From Nitrospinaceae bacterium (GTDB lineage Bacteria > Nitrospinota > Nitrospinia > Nitrospinales > Nitrospinaceae), in NCBI GenBank assembly GCA_965223665.1, contig OZ245011.1:672001-736000 (forward strand): a DNA stretch of 64,000 nucleotides, written 5' to 3'. The stretch's first letter is position 1. The number at the start of each line of letters is the position of its first letter. Below, in pieces: positions 52,389-61,128 of this stretch. The position numbers and the translations under genes are program-made. The notes under the pieces were generated by a model that was not told where the DNA came from, ran no database searches, and saw nothing but the letters and a program-made list of their open reading frames with translations.

Positions 52389-53111
52389 ATGCAAATAACC
52401 AAAAATTCAAAAGGATTTTCTAAGCAAATTCAAAATATGTTCAGTGCTATAGCTCCTCGATATGACTTTTTGAATAAATTGTTGAGTTTTGGCCTGGATA
52501 GTTATTGGAGAAAAAGAGCAATTAAAAAATTAAATCCGCAACCGGGTCAAACTATACTGGACCTGGCAACCGGGACAGCGGATATTGCAATTGAAATTGC
52601 GAGAGAAATTTCTCCCAAAACTGCAAAAATTATTGGAGTAGACTTTAGTCCTGAAATGTTGGTATATGGGAATAAAAAAATTAAAGCCGCAAAATTTGAG
52701 GAAACAATTGAACTTTTGGAGGGTAAAGCTGAGTCTTTAGAGTTTAAAGATCACACCTTTGATAGTTTGGCCGTGGCTTTTGGCGTGAGAAACTTTTCAG
52801 ATTTAGAGAAAGGTTTGTTAGAGATGTATAGAGTTTTAAAGCCAAATGGATCGGCTGTTATTCTTGAGTTTTCTTTTCCTAAAAGCTTGTTTTTAAAAAG
52901 AATTTATAAATTTTACTTTAATAAAGTATTGCCCCTAATCGGAAACTTAATTTCAAGGCATAATGAAGCCTATACCTATTTACCTCAATCGGTAGGACAG
53001 TTCCCAAGCGGCTCTGAATTAATAAATATTTTAGAAAAAATTGGTTTTAAAAAAGCAAATTCACGCCAGTTGACCTTTGGGATTGTGACTATGTACAATG
53101 CTATAAAGTAA
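52389..53111 (+). CDS. ubiE: Demethylmenaquinone/ubiquinone C-methyltransferase
   Basis: MF..IAPRYDFLN..LSFG.D..WR, LDLATGTAD, AFGVRN, AYTYLPQS. Confidence 0.92.
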   Translation: MQITKNSKGFSKQIQNMFSAIAPRYDFLNKLLSFGLDSYWRKRAIKKLNPQPGQTILDLATGTADIAIEIAREISPKTAKIIGVDFSPEMLVYGNKKIKAAKFEETIELLEGKAESLEFKDHTFDSLAVAFGVRNFSDLEKGLLEMYRVLKPNGSAVILEFSFPKSLFLKRIYKFYFNKVLPLIGNLISRHNEAYTYLPQSVGQFPSGSELINILEKIGFKKANSRQLTFGIVTMYNAIK

Positions 53112-53137
53112 TTTATTTGAATTAAAAGATTAATTAT

Positions 53138-54304
53138 ATGAAAAAGTGGTTTTTTTTAGTTTTTTGGATTTTGTTCATGTGCTCCCTGTTGATCACACAA
53201 AAGGGAGGATGGACATGGGATATCTTTAAACCTGCTGCCACTCCCATTGAGACAATTGATTACCACCCCTACTCTTCTCTCAAGGGATACGATGATATCT
53301 TAAAATTACAAAAAGCTTTTATTCGAAATTCAAAAATTATTAAACCATCCGTAGTTAGCATCAATAATTTAAAGGAAATTCCTTCTAAAATTTCATTTGA
53401 TCAAATATTTCGTGGAGACCCAGACAAATGGTTTAAAAAATTCAGAAAATGGACCGTTGAAAAAATACGTCGAAAATATCAAATGGAAAGTTTGGGTTCA
53501 GGAGTTATTTATGACAATAGAGGGTATATCTTAACTAACTTTCACGTTATAGAAAATACAGATCAAATCCTTGTTAAAACATCAGACAATCGCGAGTTTT
53601 CTGCCCGAATTATAGGAATTGATCCTCTGACAGATTTAGCTGTTTTAAAAATATTTTCTTTTGCTGATTTTGCTGTCCCCCAATTCGGAGAATCTCAAAA
53701 ATTAAATGTAGGCAATTGGGTAATGGCAATTGGAAACCCTTATGGTCTTGAAGGAACAGTTACCGTTGGGGTGGTAAGTGGTATTGAAAGATCTGATTTG
53801 GGGATTGCTACTTTTGAGAATTTTATTCAAACTGATGCATCCATTAATCCGGGAAATAGTGGTGGCCCTTTAATAGATTTGGATGGCAAAATTATTGGAA
53901 TAAACAGTGCTATTGCAGAATTGGGTGCCGGAGTTGGTTTTGCAATTCCAATTGAAATGGCTCTTAAAGTTGCGGAAGCTTTAATTGAAAATGGAGAAGT
54001 ACAAAGAGGTTGGCTAGGAGTAGGAATTCAACCATTAACTCCGGATTTGGCCGAATCCTTTAAAATATCTAAAACCAAAACCGGGGTTTTGGTCAATAGT
54101 TTAGATGAAGGTGCTCCCGCGGAACAGGCAGGGATTCTGCAAGGTGACGTTATTATTAATTACGATGGCAAGGCAGTAAAAAGTCTAAAAATTTTACAGC
54201 AATACGTGGCAGAAACTCAAATTGGAAAGTCTGTCCCAGTTAAAATCCTTCGAGATGGTATGGAGAAAGTTGTTATTGTCAAGGTCGGGAAAAACCTCTC
54301 CTGA
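53138..54304 (+). CDS. HtrA/DegP-family serine protease with one PDZ domain
   Basis: TNFHV, DLAVL, QTDASINPGNSGG triad motifs; C-terminal PDZ. Confidence 0.92.
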   Translation: MKKWFFLVFWILFMCSLLITQKGGWTWDIFKPAATPIETIDYHPYSSLKGYDDILKLQKAFIRNSKIIKPSVVSINNLKEIPSKISFDQIFRGDPDKWFKKFRKWTVEKIRRKYQMESLGSGVIYDNRGYILTNFHVIENTDQILVKTSDNREFSARIIGIDPLTDLAVLKIFSFADFAVPQFGESQKLNVGNWVMAIGNPYGLEGTVTVGVVSGIERSDLGIATFENFIQTDASINPGNSGGPLIDLDGKIIGINSAIAELGAGVGFAIPIEMALKVAEALIENGEVQRGWLGVGIQPLTPDLAESFKISKTKTGVLVNSLDEGAPAEQAGILQGDVIINYDGKAVKSLKILQQYVAETQIGKSVPVKILRDGMEKVVIVKVGKNLS

Positions 54305-54321
54305 TTTTTAACTGATTGATA

Positions 54322-54534
54322 CTATGATTTTATAACTTCGAAACCTGCACTTTGAATTTTAGAAGAGATTTCTTCAAGATCAATTTGAGTGTCATCATAA
54401 TCCACATTGACCTGTTTTTTTTCCAGATCAACCAAAACACTTTTAATTCCACTCAAGCTGTTAACTGAATCCTTCACTGTTTCTACGCAATGACCACATG
54501 TCATTCCTTCTACATTAATAATTTCGTTAGGCAT
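54322..54534 (-). CDS. copZ: Copper chaperone (HMA domain)
   Basis: GMTCGHC motif; ATG at 54534 with AAAGGA SD. Confidence 0.88.
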   Translation of the reverse strand: MPNEIINVEGMTCGHCVETVKDSVNSLSGIKSVLVDLEKKQVNVDYDDTQIDLEEISSKIQSAGFEVIKS

Positions 54535-54583
54535 AAATATTCCTTTGAATATAAACAAATTTAAGAAAGAATGTAAGTTAACA

Positions 54584-55027
54584 TTATTGGACTTTGGTCT
54601 CAAGAAAGCTTTGAAGGCCAAAAACATCATCAGTACCAATACGGACAACTTTAGTTTTTAGCTGAAGCTTTACACAATCGTGGCCCCAAAGATTGTATAT
54701 CCAACCTCGACCAGGAATGTAATGGATTCCTCCTCCATCAAGCCAATCCGATTTGCCAATTTCAACGGATTTAATGGAGTTATAGGGAATTCTTAGGCTG
54801 AATACAGGTAAGGGACCATATCGAAGTTTTAAACTTTCTCCTTCATCTTTAACATTTAAATATTGGAAACAAAAACCCAAAAAAAACATCAAACTGGCTA
54901 AAGATAATCCTCCTACAATTATTTGTCTTGTATCCCTAAAATAAAAGGCAATAAAACCGAAGATAATTCCTATGGAAAAAAGTATTAAATGAACAGGAGC
55001 TTTTTGGGTATGGTCATAAGAAGCCAT
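54584..55027 (-). CDS. Hypothetical membrane protein (two TM helices + small beta domain)
   Basis: Two hydrophobic segments then GGGIHYIPGRGWIYNLWG...RIGTDD. Confidence 0.7.
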   Translation of the reverse strand: MASYDHTQKAPVHLILFSIGIIFGFIAFYFRDTRQIIVGGLSLASLMFFLGFCFQYLNVKDEGESLKLRYGPLPVFSLRIPYNSIKSVEIGKSDWLDGGGIHYIPGRGWIYNLWGHDCVKLQLKTKVVRIGTDDVFGLQSFLETKVQ

Positions 55028-55038
55028 ATTCTTTGCTC

Positions 55039-55110
55039 AAAAAAGTTAGACCCGCTGGCAAGGCGGGGAGACCTTTCCTCAAGCGGGTCTAAACAGGAGA
55101 AAAACTACTT
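55039..55110 (-). ncRNA. Candidate small RNA or attenuator: short transcript ending in an intrinsic terminator
   Basis: Perfect 11-bp stem TTAGACCCGCT/AGCGGGTCTAA followed on the minus strand by C and 6 U; single-stranded UUUUUCUCCUG 5' end; promoter directly upstream. Confidence 0.55.
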
Positions 55111-55116
55111 ATTTAA

Positions 55117-55145
55117 ATTATATGACTATAAGAATAATATTTCAA
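55117..55145 (-). promoter_or_regulatory. Near-consensus sigma70 promoter
   Basis: Minus strand TTGAAA-N17-TATAAT. Confidence 0.7.
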
Positions 55146-55247
55146 CAAACAAAGACTATTTTAACCGTTAAAAATCAATAGCTTAAAATAAAGAAGGTTG
55201 AAAAATCGGTCTCAAGACAGAAGTTTCATTTTTCCCTCCCTAAACTT

Positions 55248-55274
55248 TAAAGATTATTTCTATTGAACCGTAAA
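55248..55274 (+). promoter_or_regulatory. Putative sigma28 (FliA) promoter of flagellin
   Basis: TAAA-N15-ACCGTAAA versus consensus TAAA-N15-GCCGATAA. Confidence 0.5.
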
Positions 55275-55300
55275 TATTAATTGAGTGGGCCAAGAGGGCC

Positions 55301-55341
55301 TTTCAAGGATGAAATACTCATTGCCAAATATCAAGGAGGAT
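55301..55341 (+). promoter_or_regulatory. Putative CsrA-binding sites in the flagellin 5' UTR
   Basis: Hairpin TTTCA-AGGA-TGAAA with GGA in the loop; second CAAGGAGGA overlapping the SD. Confidence 0.65.
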
Positions 55342-55344
55342 AAA

Positions 55345-56199
55345 TTGGCACTTCGAATCTTCAACAACCTACCCTCGCTTTCTGCGCAAAGACTCTTAGG
55401 AGTTAATAATAGCCGCATAAATAAAAATGTTGCTCGCGTTGCCTCAGGTCAAAGAATTATAAGTTCAGCAGACGATGCTGCAGGATTGGCCATTTCAGAA
55501 GGTTTACGATCAGACACTAGAGTCCTCAAGCAAGGTGTCCGAAATTTGAATGACGGGATTGCTTTGATTAACGTAATGGATGGAGCTTTAGCTGAACAAT
55601 CTAGTATTTTAATAAGACTTAGGGAAATTGCCTCACAAGCCGCTACGGGTAATATAGGTACTATAGAGCGCGGTACGATTGATCTTGAGTTTAAACAATT
55701 AAGAAATGAGTTTGACCGAATTGGAAGTGTAACCGAATTTAATGGCCTTCGCCTTCTGGATGGGACGTTATCCATTTCAAGTTCAAATCCGATCTTAATT
55801 CATGTAGGTTTAAATTCTGAAGAAGATAGCCGATTTAACTTAAACAGGGAATTAGATATTCCACCACTAAATTCACAAGCGTTAAATTTTAGCAGTGATA
55901 GTGTGAATACATCCGGTAATGCACTAATGGCTATGGATAAATTAGAGCCAAATATTAAAAAAATTAGCGAAATTCGATCAAGTATTGGAGGAACACAACA
56001 AAGAGTTTTAAAAGCACTAAACAACTTAAATGTTTCGATAGAAAATTTATCTGCGGCAGAAAATCAAGTTCGAGGCACTGATTTTGTTGGAGAACTTGTA
56101 TCATTAACTCGAAATCGAATTCTGGTGGAATCAGCAACCGCAATGGTCGGACAAGCTAACTTAAACCCACAAGGAGTTCTTCAATTAGTCCAATCATAA
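55345..56199 (+). CDS. fliC: Flagellin (short, minimal variable region)
   Basis: ALRIFNN, ASGQRI.S.ADDAAGLAIS, TEFNG..LLDG, RSSIGG.Q.R, QAN..PQ.VLQL; TTG start at 55345 after AAGGAGG. Confidence 0.92.
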   Translation: MALRIFNNLPSLSAQRLLGVNNSRINKNVARVASGQRIISSADDAAGLAISEGLRSDTRVLKQGVRNLNDGIALINVMDGALAEQSSILIRLREIASQAATGNIGTIERGTIDLEFKQLRNEFDRIGSVTEFNGLRLLDGTLSISSSNPILIHVGLNSEEDSRFNLNRELDIPPLNSQALNFSSDSVNTSGNALMAMDKLEPNIKKISEIRSSIGGTQQRVLKALNNLNVSIENLSAAENQVRGTDFVGELVSLTRNRILVESATAMVGQANLNPQGVLQLVQS

Positions 56200-56203
56200 A
56201 AAT

Positions 56204-56500
56204 ATGAATGAAATTCAACCGACTTCCAAAACAGATAGAAACGACCCATTAAGAAAACCACAATCTAAGAAAAAATCTGAAGATCCTGTTAAAGAAAGTA
56301 AGATTGAAGATAAAGTAAGTTTATCCAATATTGCAAAAAAGGAAGAAGTACCTAAAAGAAATTCCACAGAAATTAGACACGATTTAGTTAAAAAATTTCA
56401 GGGATATTTAAAGGATGGAGCTTATTCTATTAAAGCAAATGAGATTGCTGATAAAATTGTTCAAAAAATTAAAGAAAACAAAAATCGAGCTTTTTTCTAA
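56204..56500 (+). CDS. flgM: Anti-sigma28 factor FlgM
   Basis: DKVSLS...EIRHDLV......GAYSI.A.EIADKI; directly downstream of flagellin. Confidence 0.75.
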   Translation: MNEIQPTSKTDRNDPLRKPQSKKKSEDPVKESKIEDKVSLSNIAKKEEVPKRNSTEIRHDLVKKFQGYLKDGAYSIKANEIADKIVQKIKENKNRAFF

Positions 56501-56530
56501 GACACTTATTCAATACAAACTAAACTATAA

Positions 56531-57049
56531 TTAAACGGTCCTTACCTGGACTAAATTTGGGAAATTGCCCTCCTCCTTGAGTTTTTCCTCCCAACGCTTT
56601 CCTAATTTATTAGCGCGTAAATCCACTTTTTCTAATTTTGATAGGGTTGTTGAATTTGAAAACGTTAATAATCCTTTTCTGGTAATCAAATTACTTCTTA
56701 CATCCAACTCTATCAGTTGGTTAAATATAGGAGATTTGCCTATAGCATCGAGGCCTTCATCGCCTATTTGATTTTGCCGCAAGTCTAATATTTCCAATTT
56801 TTCTAGAGGAGGATACATGCTTATATATGCAGCTTCCAGTGGATTAATCTCCATATTTGCTAATTTAAGAACCTTAGGGTTGCTGGAAAGACGACTTTGA
56901 ATATAGATTTCCAAGGTGGAAATTTTTCTTTTTTTAATAGGTATTATTTTAGAATCAATATAATCATTAATTTTGTCCAAATCGCCCTTCATTGAATAAA
57001 ATAACTCAACAATTAAATCTTGATTCATACATTTCCTTTTAAAATTCAA
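56531..57049 (-). CDS. Leucine-rich repeat protein (start uncertain)
   Basis: LEILDLRQNQIGDEG, LIELDVRSNLI, LEKVDLRANKL. Confidence 0.8.
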   Translation of the reverse strand: MNFKRKCMNQDLIVELFYSMKGDLDKINDYIDSKIIPIKKRKISTLEIYIQSRLSSNPKVLKLANMEINPLEAAYISMYPPLEKLEILDLRQNQIGDEGLDAIGKSPIFNQLIELDVRSNLITRKGLLTFSNSTTLSKLEKVDLRANKLGKRWEEKLKEEGNFPNLVQVRTV

Positions 57050-57214
57050 TACTAAAAAAGTAATTTAATCAAATCCCCATGTTACTCATTGGGTTTCAAC
57101 CCATTTTATGTGACCAATCTGGAAAGTCAATCAACCTTGATTAAATTGTTGGTTTTTCTTGATTATTTGCTATACTCAGGCAACTTTTTAGAATTTCATG
57201 TCGGAGATTTAGTT

Positions 57215-57493
57215 ATGATGGGTATTGGTTTTCCTGAATTAATGATAATTCTGGTAATAATAATGATCATTTTTGGTGCCGGGAAATTACCTCAAATCGG
57301 GTCTGCCTTCGGGCAAAGTATTAAAAACTTTAAAAGTTCAATGAAAGAAGCAGAAGAATTGGATGCTTCTGCAGAGAATCCACAAGTGGAAGAAGGAGAG
57401 GAAACTAAATCCGTTCCTGAAACTACGGGTGAAAATGAGAATGATACAGTTAAAGATTCGAGCCCTGTTTCTGAACCTGCAGAAAAGAAATAA
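57215..57493 (+). CDS. tatA: Twin-arginine translocase subunit TatA
   Basis: GIGFPELMIILVIIMIIFGAGKLPQIG..FG..IKNFK; ATG at 57215 after GGAG. Confidence 0.92.
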   Translation: MMGIGFPELMIILVIIMIIFGAGKLPQIGSAFGQSIKNFKSSMKEAEELDASAENPQVEEGEETKSVPETTGENENDTVKDSSPVSEPAEKK

Positions 57494-57595
57494 TTTTCAG
57501 TATTTTTTTCTTGTTTTCACATCTGTTTTTTTAATCCACCCCTAAATCATTGGAAAGTTCTTTAGGGTCTTATCTAGATTAACCTGAAGTCTTGA

Positions 57596-58333
57596 ATGTC
57601 TGATGCACTCCGCTTTTTTTTAAAAAAATTCCTATCTGCTTTTGGGGATGTCCTTCCCATTATTTTAATCATTTCGCTTTTTCAAATTTTTGTAATTCAA
57701 AAGCCTTTTCCAAACCCAAAAGAAACCTTTGTTGGAATTTTTTTAGTAGTGTTAGGTCTGTTTATCTTTATTCAAGGTCTTGAGTCGGCTTTGTTTCCTA
57801 TTGGGGAACGCATGGCCAATGAATTTGCTAAGAAGGGGAATGTTGCCTGGGTTATTATTTTTGGCTTTACCTTAGGATTTTCCACTACTATTGCTGAGCC
57901 GGCTTTAACGGTCATTGCGCAAAAAGCTGGCCAAATTGCTGCAGAAGCTGGGGCTATAAATAAAATAGATAGCGAAATTAATAATTTTATTTTAGGACTA
58001 CGCATCACTATAGCTATAGCAGTAGGAATAGCCGGCGGTTTAGGTGTGATTCGCATCATTGCAGGTTGGCCCCTGATACATTTTATAATTGCTGGCTATG
58101 GATTAATTATTCTAGTCACTCTATTTGCCCCAAAGGAGATAATTGGAATAGCGTACGATGCAGGTGGAATTACAACATCAACAATAACGGTTCCCTTAAT
58201 TACAGCCCTAGGTGTTGGTTTGGCTTCCACTTTAAGAGGAAGAAACCCTTTATTAGATGGTTTTGGCATAATTGCCTTAGCCAGTTTAACACCAATTTTG
58301 ATGGTAATGATTTTTGGAATAATTGTTCTTTAA
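57596..58333 (+). CDS. DUF1538 family membrane protein
   Basis: DVLPI, LFPIGE.MA, TTIAEPAL, IAYDAGGITTSTITVP, DGFG. Confidence 0.88.
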   Translation: MSDALRFFLKKFLSAFGDVLPIILIISLFQIFVIQKPFPNPKETFVGIFLVVLGLFIFIQGLESALFPIGERMANEFAKKGNVAWVIIFGFTLGFSTTIAEPALTVIAQKAGQIAAEAGAINKIDSEINNFILGLRITIAIAVGIAGGLGVIRIIAGWPLIHFIIAGYGLIILVTLFAPKEIIGIAYDAGGITTSTITVPLITALGVGLASTLRGRNPLLDGFGIIALASLTPILMVMIFGIIVL

Positions 58334-58336
58334 AAA

Positions 58337-59146
58337 ATGAATGAAATTAATTATTTAAAAATTGTAACGGATTCTATTAAATTTACCCTTTGGGATGTTT
58401 TACCCATCCTTCTAGTGTTGGGGTTTTTCCAAATTTTTGTCATACGTAAAAACATTCCTCATTTAAAGCAGTTCCTGGTAGGTATGTTAATGGTAATACT
58501 GGGACTGGCTATATTTATTGTTGGACTAGAAGAATGCATTTTCCCATTGGGAACTTCTATGGCAAATCAACTTTCCAATCCTACGTTTTTAATTGGTTCA
58601 AATGAGGGAATATCGGAATTAGTAAAAACCGGAAAACGAATTGATACGCATTATTATTTTTGGATGATAGCATTTGCGTTTTGCATTGGGTTTTCTACAA
58701 CTTTAGCTGAACCTGCATTAATAGCGGTTGCTATGAAAGCCAAGGAAATTACAACAGGGGCTATTAAACCCTGGGGACTCAGAATCGCAGTAGCTTTTGG
58801 AGTAGGAATTGGAGTGGCTTTGGGTTCATACAGAATAGTAGAAGGAAGCCCTATTCAATATTACATTGTTGGTGGCTATTGTCTCCTTTTATTACAAACA
58901 TATTTTGCACCCAAATACATTATTCCTTTAGCTTATGACTCAGGAGGAGTGACTACCTCTACTGTAACAGTTCCATTAGTTGTGGCATTGGGAATTGGTT
59001 TGGCAAATAATGTACCAGAAGCTTCTCCTTTATTAGATGGGTTTGGGTTGATCGCTTTTGCTTCCCTTTTCCCTATGATTACGGTTCAGGCATATGCTAT
59101 GATCACGGCAAAACTGACTCAAAAAAATGAATCTCAAAATACCTAA
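58337..59146 (+). CDS. DUF1538 family membrane protein (paralog)
   Basis: DVLPI, FPLG..MA, TTLAEPAL, LAYDSGGVTTSTVTVP, DGFGLIAFASLFP. Confidence 0.88.
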   Translation: MNEINYLKIVTDSIKFTLWDVLPILLVLGFFQIFVIRKNIPHLKQFLVGMLMVILGLAIFIVGLEECIFPLGTSMANQLSNPTFLIGSNEGISELVKTGKRIDTHYYFWMIAFAFCIGFSTTLAEPALIAVAMKAKEITTGAIKPWGLRIAVAFGVGIGVALGSYRIVEGSPIQYYIVGGYCLLLLQTYFAPKYIIPLAYDSGGVTTSTVTVPLVVALGIGLANNVPEASPLLDGFGLIAFASLFPMITVQAYAMITAKLTQKNESQNT

Positions 59147-59166
59147 TAATTTATTAGGAGTATTCT

Positions 59167-59514
59167 ATGCGTTTTAAAGTTATCCTTGCTTTAGTTAATG
59201 ATGATTTCCAAGATGATGTGATTTCAGCCGCTAAAGAAGCCGGCGCAACTGGAGTCACCATATTAAATGCTCGTGGGGAAGGTGTTCATGATCAAAAATC
59301 TTTTTTTGGCCTAACCATTGAGGCACAAAAGGATATGCTTCTATTTCTTGTTGAGGACTTTAATTCCGAAAAAATAATGGATGCAATATTTAATGCAGGA
59401 AAATTAGATCAACACGGAAATGGAATTGCATTTTCATGGGTTGTCGATCGGGCCATTGGAATGGAAAGTCAAATTCCAATTTTAGAACGTGATGCAAAGG
59501 AAAAATATTTTTAA
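59167..59514 (+). CDS. PII-like signal transduction protein
   Basis: AAKEAGATGVTILNARGEG...GNGIAF PII-like motifs; AGGAG SD. Confidence 0.85.
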   Translation: MRFKVILALVNDDFQDDVISAAKEAGATGVTILNARGEGVHDQKSFFGLTIEAQKDMLLFLVEDFNSEKIMDAIFNAGKLDQHGNGIAFSWVVDRAIGMESQIPILERDAKEKYF

Positions 59515-59533
59515 TTTTGAATGGAGAGTTTGA

Positions 59534-59926
59534 ATGACAAATCCTGTTGTCATAAGCCAAATAATGATGCAAGATTTTCGAAAAATTGATGGAGTTACTA
59601 AGGTTTCTGATGTCCTCGATTTAATGAAAAAAGAAAGTATAAGCGTGGTACTGGTTGAACCTAGAGATGAAAATGACGTTTATGGGATATTAACTCTTAA
59701 AGATATTGCTAGAAAAGTAATAGCAGTTCGAAGAAAACTTCATGAAACTCATGTTTACGAAATCATGTCCAAACCCACACTTTCAATTCCATCAAATATG
59801 CCTATCCCCTATGCGGCACGCTTACTTACTAATTTTGATATTTCTTATGCAATGGTCATTGAAAATAATCAAGTGGTTGGGATGGTATCTTTGCATGGTA
59901 TTGCAACCCATTGGGAAGAGTTATAA
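59534..59926 (+). CDS. CBS-pair domain protein
   Basis: YGILTLKDIARKV...VYEIMSKP...VVGMVS. Confidence 0.85.
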   Translation: MTNPVVISQIMMQDFRKIDGVTKVSDVLDLMKKESISVVLVEPRDENDVYGILTLKDIARKVIAVRRKLHETHVYEIMSKPTLSIPSNMPIPYAARLLTNFDISYAMVIENNQVVGMVSLHGIATHWEEL

Positions 59927-59937
59927 TGTTATTTCCC

Positions 59938-60555
59938 CTACCCTTTTTTTAATGAACTCCCGCTAGTACTATCCCATTTTACAGCCTCTGGGCTTGAAAC
60001 GTGTTGAGCTTCAGCCGACCAATGATCCCATGAAACATTTAATTCATTTATACGAACACATTCGTCTATCCCATGAGAACCGGAAAGGTGGGATGTAAGT
60101 TCTTTTAAGTCTTTTATATAAGTTTCCTGCTCTGATTTATATCTATCTTGAGCTTCGGCAATGTTAGCCAGTGTACTTTCTGCTTGGATGTTGTAATTAA
60201 AAATTGTTCTTCGAATTTCATCATAATCCACAAGAAAGTTAACATATGCCCAAATACACAATGGAATAACTCCCATTGCAAAAAATACTTTTTTAACGGT
60301 TTTATTGTCCAAAAGAATAGCAATTAAAAATAATATGAATCCTGCTCCCAGGGCATATAAAGAAATCTTGTCATAGATTTCTAAAGGTACAATTTTTTTT
60401 CCGCAATCAGCAACTTCACCAGTTTGACTAACGTATAAATTTAATTTTAAAAATAATAAGTCAGAAATTTGGGCATAGGTGAATTCAGGAAAAATAAAAC
60501 CACAAACAGAAAATGCCAATAAAAACATTGAAAATAATATGAATACTTTTTTCAC
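59938..60555 (-). CDS. Hypothetical membrane protein with pilin-like C-terminal domain
   Basis: Three hydrophobic segments then AESTLANIAEAQDRY..EQETY..DL.EL. Confidence 0.55.
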   Translation of the reverse strand: MKKVFILFSMFLLAFSVCGFIFPEFTYAQISDLLFLKLNLYVSQTGEVADCGKKIVPLEIYDKISLYALGAGFILFLIAILLDNKTVKKVFFAMGVIPLCIWAYVNFLVDYDEIRRTIFNYNIQAESTLANIAEAQDRYKSEQETYIKDLKELTSHLSGSHGIDECVRINELNVSWDHWSAEAQHVSSPEAVKWDSTSGSSLKKG

Positions 60556-60602
60556 AAATTTATTCTTGCTTAAGAGATTAATAAGGGAGGTATTGAGGAG
60601 AT

Positions 60603-60851
60603 CTAGTGTGCTTGACTTTTGCGAGAACCCGTAGATTTGTAAACGGAATCTGATTTTCTTCGCTTTCTATTCTGAATTCGAACCATATGTCCAAACCAGT
60701 CTTTTGTGGGATCCGATTCTCTAATAAAACTGAAGTTGCTAATTTCTTTGCATTTTGGACAGTTATAGCTATATTTATCAGAAAATCTTTTATCAAGAAC
60801 ATGCTTTATCAAGTGATGACATTTATCACATTCATAAACTTGAAGTGGCAT
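60603..60851 (-). CDS. Zinc-ribbon protein (FmdB-like) with basic tail
   Basis: MP...YECDKC...CPKC; AAGGGG SD. Confidence 0.65.
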   Translation of the reverse strand: MPLQVYECDKCHHLIKHVLDKRFSDKYSYNCPKCKEISNFSFIRESDPTKDWFGHMVRIQNRKRRKSDSVYKSTGSRKSQAH

Positions 60852-61128
60852 GTATTAACCCCTTATAGTCAAAAACCGCTGAACTAAGTTGACCACCTCT
60901 ACCCAAAATTTATGTTTTCAACGGTTAATTTATAAAATTATTGAGTGGCCGTCCAGTCCAATTGTTAAATTTACCTATATTATTATTAAAAATGATGTAC
61001 TTCGTTTTTTCACTAAAATAATGAAACATTATTTTTGGGGGCGAAAAATCAAAAATTTTGGCTTCAAAAACAAGTTTGAATAAGGTATTTTATTACCCAT
61101 TTTTATTATTAACTCACTGTTAAAAACG

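Noticed and set aside
54535-54648. ORF-track N-terminal extension of copZ
   Set aside because: It overlaps the upstream gene; the SD and domain boundary support the ATG at 54534.
55285-55344. ORF-track N-terminal extension of flagellin
   Set aside because: A strong SD precedes TTG 55345 and flagellin homology begins there; the extension covers the structured 5' UTR.
57089-57214. ORF-track N-terminal extension of tatA
   Set aside because: TatA homology and a GGAG SD point to the ATG at 57215.
60889-61083. 64-aa ORF in the divergent intergenic region
   Set aside because: TTG start, no SD, no motif, AT-rich promoter-like DNA; probably spurious.
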